A stretch of DNA of 64,000 nt, from positions 7,494-71,493 of the forward strand of contig JBAQNJ010000001.1 of the NCBI GenBank assembly GCA_049303675.1, read 5' to 3'. This stretch comes from Microgenomates group bacterium (GTDB lineage: Bacteria; Patescibacteriota; Microgenomatia; UBA12405). The translations under genes and the position numbers were made by a program. Shown one piece after another: positions 56,634 to 64,000 of the stretch. The notes under the pieces were generated by a model. That model saw only the letters and a list, made by a program, of their open reading frames with translations. It searched no databases and had not been told where the DNA came from. Positions within the stretch are counted from its first letter, which is position 1. Every line of letters starts with the position of its first letter.

Positions 56634-57790
56634 CTTTTAGCATCAACTGCTACTGGCATGCTCAATTCCACTTGTGTCGGTCCACTCTCTTCGACTAACT
56701 CAGCCTCTTGTTGTCCATAAATCTGTGCCATTTTATCCTCAAGTGTTTGATACTCCATTCCCCAACAAGCCATATCATAAGAAAAACTTTCAGAATTTCC
56801 TTCGACTAAGTCTATAAACAAATACTGTTGCCTCAACGCAATTCGATAAACATCTCCCCCTACTTTTTCCCACTGCTGACAATAATCGTCCACCACCCGA
56901 TAATCCAATCTACTTTCAGTTTGCAAGCCCTCCCCATCCATTCTCCATAAGTTAACCATTGTCATTGATCTATCGGCTATAAAATCAAACACATTTGCCA
57001 TTCTCCCCATCTCACCTTCTTTAGGTAATTTGTATCCTGGCATATCACAAACGACCATCTCAGGTCTGTTTCCATCTTTAAAAACTTCGGCCAACTTGTC
57101 GAGAGCTTTTGCAGCCGTCCAATTTCTCTTTTCCTTTATTCCACTTGTAGTCTTTTCTTCAACCATTCTCAAAATCTTATCGACTGCCTCAGAAGTCGTT
57201 AATTTCTCAGGATGTTCACCCAACGCCTCCAGATATTGTTCCAGATTATCACCGGAAAATCCACCTAAACTAATCACCTTTTCTCCTCGTCTCCATAATT
57301 CTGCCGCAAGGACAGTCTTTCCTTGAAGTGATGCTTTACCAAGTGACACTAGCACCGGAATCTCAACATTTCCATTCTCCGGTTTCCCAAAAAATTCTTC
57401 CATTTGCGCTATGGTCATCCCCTTATTCATCACTGCGTGAACCGCTACTAACCCAGGCAGTCTTAGAACGCTTACCCCAAACGCCAAATTCTCACGCTCC
57501 TCATCACTAAAGTTTCTAGACTCTACCGGAGGATTACCTCTACCATATTCAGCAAACCAACCCAACGGGAATCCAATTTCCTCACCACCAAATTGACAAA
57601 TATGAACTGGTTTCATTTCTGAGGTTACATCAGGATAACTTACCACATTTCCAGTATCCCAACCAATCGCCGTCGGTTGAAAATCTCTTAATCGCTCCAA
57701 ATCTAATAACTGTTTTTCATTTAGTTGTGGCTCGACCAGTGGCGCAGACACCTGTGGCTCAAAGGCGTTACTTGTCACTTCTCGACACAA
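56630..57790 (-). CDS. hypothetical P-loop NTPase (MinD/BioD-like deviant Walker A)
   Basis: ...VLVSLGKASLQGKTVLAAEL... and later ...VVCDMPGY... resemble the MinD/ParA/BioD family. Tentative. Confidence 0.35.
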   Translation of the reverse strand: MCREVTSNAFEPQVSAPLVEPQLNEKQLLDLERLRDFQPTAIGWDTGNVVSYPDVTSEMKPVHICQFGGEEIGFPLGWFAEYGRGNPPVESRNFSDEERENLAFGVSVLRLPGLVAVHAVMNKGMTIAQMEEFFGKPENGNVEIPVLVSLGKASLQGKTVLAAELWRRGEKVISLGGFSGDNLEQYLEALGEHPEKLTTSEAVDKILRMVEEKTTSGIKEKRNWTAAKALDKLAEVFKDGNRPEMVVCDMPGYKLPKEGEMGRMANVFDFIADRSMTMVNLWRMDGEGLQTESRLDYRVVDDYCQQWEKVGGDVYRIALRQQYLFIDLVEGNSESFSYDMACWGMEYQTLEDKMAQIYGQQEAELVEESGPTQVELSMPVAVDAKS

Positions 57791-58706
57791 TCTTATAACC
57801 CACCTTAGGAATGGTTTTTATCTCGTATTTCTTCAACTTTGCCGATAACCTTCTCATCGCTTTATTTATCGCTTGATCAGAGAAATCATCGTACTTGCCA
57901 TCTCCCCACTTTAGGTTTGATACTTCTTCCCTAGTTATCTGTCCGGTATTTAATAACATTAACTTTAATATTTCTGCCTCCATCGACGTTAACTTATCTT
58001 GGTTTAACTCCCCATCCTCAAAAAAAGACAAATCAAATTCAATCTTAATTATTTCAAATTCATCCCCAGATACTTTGTTATCTATCAAAAGTTTACTTTT
58101 TATCTGTCCATTCTCCATTACCCCCAATTTTTCCAGGTCAACATTTGTACATTTTAAAATCACTCTCCAGATTGGTTCAACTACAGCCTCAATCAAACTC
58201 CGATCTCCAATTACTTCATACTTTATTAATTGTGGTAATCCGCCCGACTCTTCAAAGATTAACTTGGTTGATTTCTCATTAACCTCGGTCCCAAGAGTAT
58301 CCAAGACTTTCTTAGTTTCTTCAAAATTAAGTACCCGCAACCAGTGCGCTTTGTAAATATGGTTTCTAAAATAACTCTGCTTGTACTCGGATGATTGAAA
58401 AATATAGGGTGTATTTACTGCCACCACCAAGTTTTGATTCGGTTTTGCCCTATGAAAATATTCTTCTACCCAACCCAAAGCCTCTTTGTTTAAGTCCATC
58501 CCCAAATCAAGTATCGAAAAATCTTCCAATTCTTCATCATTTTTACGAATATATTTTACACTACTGTCTGTCTGCGCGTATTTTTTTAGTAATCTCGAAG
58601 CTCCCATCCCCGGTATCGATACTACTGCCAAGTTGTAGTTAAGTTTTCGACAGTTATCCAGTTCTCTTTTTAATTCTTCATAAACATCAATTATCTTGAC
58701 CACCAT
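57768..58706 (-). CDS. putative transcriptional regulator: ATPase-like N-domain + OmpR/PhoB-type winged-helix C-domain
   Basis: C-terminus ...ITREEVSNLKWGDGKYDDFSDQAINKAMRRLSAKLKK...IPKVGYKIV matches trans_reg_C. Overlaps the downstream gene by 23 nt. Confidence 0.55.
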   Translation of the reverse strand: MVVKIIDVYEELKRELDNCRKLNYNLAVVSIPGMGASRLLKKYAQTDSSVKYIRKNDEELEDFSILDLGMDLNKEALGWVEEYFHRAKPNQNLVVAVNTPYIFQSSEYKQSYFRNHIYKAHWLRVLNFEETKKVLDTLGTEVNEKSTKLIFEESGGLPQLIKYEVIGDRSLIEAVVEPIWRVILKCTNVDLEKLGVMENGQIKSKLLIDNKVSGDEFEIIKIEFDLSFFEDGELNQDKLTSMEAEILKLMLLNTGQITREEVSNLKWGDGKYDDFSDQAINKAMRRLSAKLKKYEIKTIPKVGYKIVSRSDK

Positions 58707-58737
58707 ATCTCAATATAACACAAACACAACCTATTTC

Positions 58738-58800
58738 TTTTGTCCGTCGTTTGTCCCCCCAAAGTCCTGAATATAACTCTCTATTATAAGATAATAACCC
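58738..58800. repeat. approx. 60-bp direct repeat, copy 1
   Basis: tttgtccgtcgtttgtccccccaaagtcctgaatataactctctattataagataataaccc. About 90% identical to copy 2 at 59740-59800. Confidence 0.85.
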
Positions 58801-59739
58801 ATGAAAGACTCCTTGTCCTCCATCCATAAATTAGCCTACAACAAGCGCAAAAACTACCCTGCCCATATTTCCCAATTACAACCAATTCAAATTGAAAATA
58901 GTCCTATACCAATCTCATATCCCCGTTTCCATTTTAACTTTGAGAAGACAAGTGAATTTATTCCCATACCTGAAATTGAATTAGCACTGGACCAAATACT
59001 AAGTCATTCCCCAGTTGAACTCGTCACTTCAATTCAGCAAGGTTGGGATTGTGCGATTAAGTCTGATAAAGATATGGCTAACTTAACGCTGTCTATTCAT
59101 GAGGGTGGATTCACTTGCGATCAAAATGCTGAATCATTTAAACAATTTCTAAGAACCAACAATTTACTTGAGATTTCCAATCTACACGAAACAATTAAAA
59201 TTATCGAACCAGGAGGTGGTGTTCTGGAAGCCTCACATTATCTTCGAGTAGTTGCTACGAGTAGTCGAAAACTTGGAGTACATCCTTCCAACTATTCTTT
59301 AATGGACAACCTCAGAGGTGATAATCATGTCAGGAAAATCGCAGACACAGCAACCGCAATTATTGAAAACCAAGCATCTAGATATACATCATTTATATTC
59401 TTCAATACAAGGTTCTATGAACAAGGTGTTCGGGAACGAGGAAACCAGGGAATGCTTATTCTTAGTCTACCCACACAAACTACAAGCGATATCGCAATTT
59501 CTGCCGTCAAAAAAGATCCTGTTCAGTTCATGACTCTTCTCATGTCCAAGTTAGTTCAACGATATTCCTCCACAAATCCAATGATAGATACAACAGGGCT
59601 AAAAAGACTTTGGAACTCATCAGATTTTAAACAAGATGACCATATAAAGCACCATTTGTTTGTCCACCGCCCAATAACCCCAGAGCATAACGACAAAAAC
59701 CTTTTCTGGGATTCTCCAGCTGAAATTGAAATTATTTAA
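58801..59739 (+). CDS. hypothetical protein (312 aa) bracketed by approx. 60-bp direct repeats
   Basis: Intact ORF. The repeat copies start within 3 bp of its start and stop. Confidence 0.5.
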   Translation: MKDSLSSIHKLAYNKRKNYPAHISQLQPIQIENSPIPISYPRFHFNFEKTSEFIPIPEIELALDQILSHSPVELVTSIQQGWDCAIKSDKDMANLTLSIHEGGFTCDQNAESFKQFLRTNNLLEISNLHETIKIIEPGGGVLEASHYLRVVATSSRKLGVHPSNYSLMDNLRGDNHVRKIADTATAIIENQASRYTSFIFFNTRFYEQGVRERGNQGMLILSLPTQTTSDIAISAVKKDPVQFMTLLMSKLVQRYSSTNPMIDTTGLKRLWNSSDFKQDDHIKHHLFVHRPITPEHNDKNLFWDSPAEIEII

Positions 59740-59800
59740 TTTGTCCGCCATTTGTCCCCCAAAAGTCCTGAATATAATTTCTTATTATAAGATAATAACC
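59740..59800. repeat. approx. 60-bp direct repeat, copy 2
   Basis: tttgtccgccatttgtcccccaaaagtcctgaatataatttcttattataagataataacc. Confidence 0.85.
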
Positions 59801-59959
59801 TTAACTTAATTGGAACCTTCAATAAAGCATTGAAACAATTTCAACTAAGCCGTTCTTTAACAAATAGGTTTTAGGAAAAGGTTGAGGGTTGAATCATGAC
59901 AACGAGTCTTTCGTTATCAGCTGCAACCCCCAACCACTAATAATCCAAGGAGGATTATC

Positions 59960-60619
59960 ATGTTCAAAAAACTTCTCCCCCTCGCCCTAACCCTCTTCAT
60001 TTTTTTGACTGCTTGTGGACCACAATCCGCATCAGTCTCCGATTCTCAACCAACTGCTACCGCAGTTACCGCTACTTCTACCCCCCAAACTACTACCAAT
60101 CTGGCGCCTCGCTGGCAACTGTGGTCCAGTATGGGATTCGGTAAAAGAAGTTGGTTGGTCGAGATTCTCGGTGAAAATGAAGCCTGTGTCATGGATTTGA
60201 AACAGAATCCAAAAGCATGTCTGACGCCGATTACCATTCGCCCACAAAACGACTTGGTGATAGTGAAAGACAACTTCTACTATATGACACTCCTCAAAGG
60301 CGACGAAACTACCATCGATTTCAACACCGGTGTGTATGACTTCTACACCTTTGACTACGGCCGCGGGTACTTCGCCACGGGTTGGCAAGAAAGTGCGTTC
60401 ATGTTTGATGTAATAACTCCAATTTTGTTGACAGAAAATTCTGAAAACATCACGGAGTTCATCAATCTGACGGACGGACGAACCTACCTAATGGATCAGG
60501 GAAATGAGTATTTCAAAGTATTCGCTGCCATTTCTGCCAATGATTATCCAGTTTTTGGATATCTTCACTGCAGCTACGACAGCGATTACATCTTGAACTG
60601 CTTGTTTACCCTCCCCTAA
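59960..60619 (+). CDS. lipoprotein (signal peptide with LTAC lipobox)
   Basis: MFKKLLPLALTLFIFLTACGPQS... Visibly higher GC than neighbouring genes. Confidence 0.55.
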   Translation: MFKKLLPLALTLFIFLTACGPQSASVSDSQPTATAVTATSTPQTTTNLAPRWQLWSSMGFGKRSWLVEILGENEACVMDLKQNPKACLTPITIRPQNDLVIVKDNFYYMTLLKGDETTIDFNTGVYDFYTFDYGRGYFATGWQESAFMFDVITPILLTENSENITEFINLTDGRTYLMDQGNEYFKVFAAISANDYPVFGYLHCSYDSDYILNCLFTLP

Positions 60620-60753
60620 AACCTATTCACCGAGCCCCGCTCAAATGATTCAGACATTTTGTCTGTTTTGTTTGAGTGTGGGTTCGGAAAGGTTTTCTAG
60701 CTCAGAAATATTTTTCTGAATTAGAGTCGCCTTTATTATTAATTTAAAAAAAT

Positions 60754-61206
60754 ATGACAAACTTAATTGAAAGAGAAAGCATGACCGCTTGCTTGATCGA
60801 GCAGGATCGCCTGTCTCGAGATCTTAGAATTAGAAAAAATGCCAATGATCAGTCTGCTCAAAAAATATATGGCGAACATCTATCCAAAGTTGGTTCGCCA
60901 GAGAGTTTACTTTTTGCCTGTAGATTGGCGTTGTTAGAATCCAGAACCTCCAGAGTTTTTGACAGTGCTTACTTTGAGGAAAAACCAGCGCAAATCGCCG
61001 AAATAACCAAAATAAATATAGAGTCACAAAAGATTTATCTCGACATGGTTAGTTTTCACCATGCTGGAAACCAGCCTAGACACATTTTGATCCAATCTGA
61101 TACCGAGAAACACCTTCAATTATTGCGCCTTAAAGGATTTTCCCAACACAACAGTGGTGATGCTACCGAATCATTAATCGAGCTACTCTCACACCAATCA
61201 ACTTAG
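60754..61206 (+). CDS. hypothetical protein (150 aa)
   Basis: Intact ORF. Confidence 0.4.
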   Translation: MTNLIERESMTACLIEQDRLSRDLRIRKNANDQSAQKIYGEHLSKVGSPESLLFACRLALLESRTSRVFDSAYFEEKPAQIAEITKINIESQKIYLDMVSFHHAGNQPRHILIQSDTEKHLQLLRLKGFSQHNSGDATESLIELLSHQST

Positions 61207-61302
61207 ATTCTGGTGTAATTTTTTGGCCCTTTTTACTTGCTATATTGACACGCCATTGATTAGGACATATCTTTAATTATTAGGCAAATTTGTCAAAATT
61301 TA

Positions 61303-62802
61303 ATGAAACAGCGTTTTTTACTCTTGATTCCGGTAATTTTATTGATTTTAGTCTCTGTCTCTTTATTTATACCCCGACAATCTCGTTCCCTCCCCTCTTC
61401 TTCAGTCAAAGATACTCTGTCTAGCTCTCAACTATCTTATTTTAGTCGTATTAGTGCCCCCATTACCGCTGGTGATTCCATTATCAAAATTGGTAATACT
61501 GGCATTCCCTCCAAATCCACCAACAACTTGTTTGTCGGTGACACTATCGCTATTGGAACCACTGGCGTCGGAGTTGGCACCAGCGGTCCTCTGACCCTCT
61601 ACACTGTTCAAGATATTGGTAATACCCAAACCATCGAATTGAATACCGCTATCGGTCAAAGCAATGCTTGGATCAACGCCGCTATTATCGCCACTCGCTC
61701 CGCTATCCACACCATCAATTTCACCCCCCAATCAAACGCTACTAGCGGTTTTTGGCAATTTTTAATCAAGGCTACCAGTCGTACCGGAGAACTCTACAAC
61801 GATGGTATCCCTGATCAACAAGGCTTTGATCTCGGTGCTACTACCCCATCTTCTACCGCCAACGGTCTCGGTACTCGTCTCAAAATTACCGATGTCACTT
61901 GTCCCAACTGGGGTATTGGAGTTACTACTGCCTACAGTGTCGGCACCACTGCCGTTGTCGGTGCCAATTCCTACCATGTCATTACCTGCTATCTCGGTGT
62001 CGGCGGTACCAACCAAGTCGGAGTCGGCTATTCCATGGCCATCGGTGCCGCCCTTACTTCAGGTAGTCAATTAATCAATCCTTCCGCTTCTACCAGTCAC
62101 GTCGAAGGTACCGCCGATGTTAATGGTCCCGATATCTACACTTTTTATGTCAGACACTTGGATAGCACCTCTACTGTTATTGAGGCTGATACCGCTCAAG
62201 GAAAAATTGCCGTTGTCGAAGCTGTCCGCGTCACCGCTACCATTGACCCCACTCTCACTTTTTCCATTGATGCTACTGGAGTTGGCAGTGGTGCCACCCC
62301 CTGTGGACTCAGTGCTCTCGGTTCACCTGCCAACAACACTACTGCTACCTCCGTCTCCTTTGGCTCACTCAATCTAGCCGCTGCCAACGATCTCGCCCAA
62401 AGGCTATCCTGTGTTACCAATGCTGCCAGCGGTTATGTCGTCACTGTTTATGAAAACGGTCCTATGAAAAATATTACCGATGGTGCTGGTACTACTATTC
62501 CTGATACCAATTGCAATGGCGGTGGCTGTACTGCCTCTGTTGGCACCACTTGGGCTACCTATACCAATTCTGGTTGGGGCTACACTGTCGAAAATCTGTC
62601 AGTTGGAGTAACCACTCTCACCTATCCCTTTTACCGACCATTTGGCAACGGCAGTGCCAATGCTCAGCAAGTCATGAAAAATACCTCGACTCCCACTGCC
62701 AATGAACAAGCCTACGTCTGTTATCGTGTCACTGCCTCCACCACCCAGAGAGCTGGTAATTATGAAAATAAGTTAATTTATACTGCCACCGCCACATTCT
62801 AA
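61303..62802 (+). CDS. secreted Thr/Gly-rich surface protein (paralog of 55064..55801)
   Basis: Signal peptide, 499 aa. Shares Cys-pair and C-terminal motifs with its paralog. Confidence 0.55.
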   Translation: MKQRFLLLIPVILLILVSVSLFIPRQSRSLPSSSVKDTLSSSQLSYFSRISAPITAGDSIIKIGNTGIPSKSTNNLFVGDTIAIGTTGVGVGTSGPLTLYTVQDIGNTQTIELNTAIGQSNAWINAAIIATRSAIHTINFTPQSNATSGFWQFLIKATSRTGELYNDGIPDQQGFDLGATTPSSTANGLGTRLKITDVTCPNWGIGVTTAYSVGTTAVVGANSYHVITCYLGVGGTNQVGVGYSMAIGAALTSGSQLINPSASTSHVEGTADVNGPDIYTFYVRHLDSTSTVIEADTAQGKIAVVEAVRVTATIDPTLTFSIDATGVGSGATPCGLSALGSPANNTTATSVSFGSLNLAAANDLAQRLSCVTNAASGYVVTVYENGPMKNITDGAGTTIPDTNCNGGGCTASVGTTWATYTNSGWGYTVENLSVGVTTLTYPFYRPFGNGSANAQQVMKNTSTPTANEQAYVCYRVTASTTQRAGNYENKLIYTATATF

Positions 62803-62803
62803 A

Positions 62804-63778
62804 ATGAAAAAAATAATTTTATCTCTCGTTCTAGTTTCCAGTTTCTTGTTTCTAGTCTCAGACATCCAAGCTCAATCTGCCCTCGGCCTCTCAGCTATTC
62901 CTCCTCGTCTCGAAGTCACCCTCCAGCCCGGTGAAGTCGTCACCAAAGAACTAAAAATCAGAAACGAGTCCAAGACCGAACGGGTCGTCACCACCACCAG
63001 CCGTGACTTTATTGTCACCGATAGTGAAGGCACCCCCATTCAACTCGAAGACATCGATGAGTCAAACAATCGTTGGGCAGCCTCTTCTTGGATTCATTTA
63101 TCTCCCAGCAATTTCAAACTAAAACCCGGCGAAACCCGCTCCATCATGATTACCATTATTGCACCCGATGATGCTCTCGCTGGTGGCCATTATGCTATGG
63201 TCCTCCACAGTCCCAACAACGAATCAGTCCTCAGCGAAACCGGTTCACTCATCCAAACCAATGTCGGCACCCTCGTCTATGTCACCATCCCAGGTGATAT
63301 CAAAGAAGATGCTCGGGTTACCGAATTTTCCGCTCCTTCATTTTCCGAATTTGGACCTGTTCCCTTTAAAACTATTATTTCCAACCTCTCCGACATTCAT
63401 GTCACTCCCGCCGGAAGTATTGCCATCAAAAATTGGCTCGGTGGCAAAACTGCCGACCTCCCCCTCGACCTCACCAATATCTTCCCCAACACTTCCCGTG
63501 AATTTACCAATACGCTCACTCGTAAATTCCTCTTTGGTCGCTACACCGCCACCCTCAGTGCCGGTTATGGCACCACCGGTCAAGCCATTGCCGCGACTAT
63601 TTTTTTCTGGGTCATTCCCTGGAGACTAATTATTATCCTCTTCATCATCGCTATTCTCACATTTGTTCTCGTCAAACTGCTTCACCAGCAAAAGACCACT
63701 ATCGAGACCACCGACAATCAAGTCGACGAACTCGAAAAAGAGTTGGAAAGTCTAAAAAAGAAATACAAAGATCGCTAG
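62804..63778 (+). CDS. surface protein with signal peptide and C-terminal TM anchor plus coiled/charged tail
   Basis: MKKIILSLVLVSSFLFLVS signal peptide, near-identical at nucleotide level to that of 55064. C-terminal TM ...IIILFIIAILTFVLV then KKKYKDR. Confidence 0.55.
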   Translation: MKKIILSLVLVSSFLFLVSDIQAQSALGLSAIPPRLEVTLQPGEVVTKELKIRNESKTERVVTTTSRDFIVTDSEGTPIQLEDIDESNNRWAASSWIHLSPSNFKLKPGETRSIMITIIAPDDALAGGHYAMVLHSPNNESVLSETGSLIQTNVGTLVYVTIPGDIKEDARVTEFSAPSFSEFGPVPFKTIISNLSDIHVTPAGSIAIKNWLGGKTADLPLDLTNIFPNTSREFTNTLTRKFLFGRYTATLSAGYGTTGQAIAATIFFWVIPWRLIIILFIIAILTFVLVKLLHQQKTTIETTDNQVDELEKELESLKKKYKDR

Positions 63779-64000
63779 TGAAAAAATACTTAAATCTATT
63801 TTTATTTTTTACTTTTTACTTTTTACTTTCATCTTTTTCTCTTGCCTTTACTGTTGATCGCCAAAAATCAGTCAATGTCTCCGCTTCAATTGATGAAAAC
63901 CACTGTACTATCTATGGTTTTACCTCCCCCAACTCTCGAGTCGAGCTAAGCAATCCTCAGGTTTTTGATGTCACTTACTCGGGTAACAATGGCTACTATG
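63779..64000 (+). CDS. secreted protein, 5' partial at window edge
   Basis: GTG start, signal-peptide-like N-terminus. The ORF continues beyond the window. Confidence 0.35.

Noticed and set aside
57768-58706. Response regulator of a two-component system, based on the OmpR-type C-terminal domain.
   Set aside because: The N-terminal domain lacks the receiver-domain D-D-K pattern and instead looks ATPase-like. No histidine kinase is adjacent.

Overview
This window is a low-GC (approx. 35-40%), gene-dense bacterial chromosome segment. Its gene content and style resemble a streamlined Patescibacteria/CPR-like genome; that placement is inference only. The giant surface protein, the ComEA/ComEC pair, compact ribosomal-protein genes and many in-frame mini-repeats point that way.

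Recognisable core genes:
- nrdR-nrdJ (class II adenosylcobalamin ribonucleotide reductase) next to a PduO-type cob(I)alamin adenosyltransferase
- secE-nusG-rplK-rplA, then an approx. 10 kb block of other genes, then rplJ-rplL
- murF-like, ddl, murB, a tagA/wecG-like gene, mreB
- ruvCAB, leuS, comEA plus a split comEC
- tRNA-Pro(CGG) and tRNA-Arg(CCU)
- a MacB/FtsX-type ABC exporter operon with a 2384-aa Kelch/FN3-repeat giant surface protein

Unusual content:
- A Phd/YefM-type antitoxin-like gene sits directly upstream of a CHAT (caspase-like His-Cys) protease. This is a candidate novel toxin-antitoxin or defence module.
- A small accessory islet at approx. 25.2-29.1 kb holds an HExxH protein, an excisionase-type HTH, an orphan BrnA-like antitoxin, a small ORF flanked by inverted repeats, and a candidate sRNA.
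- The genome is saturated with several families of mini palindromic or tandem repeat elements. Some are inserted in-frame into essential genes, and one carries a clear 10-bp target-site duplication.
- A duplicated rplA 3' end marks the left junction of the block that separates rplA from rplJ.
- Duplicated tRNA 3'-end fragments lie at the tRNA-Pro locus.
- Two paralogous surface-protein modules are present.

No CRISPR array, rRNA, integrase or transposase was recognised.
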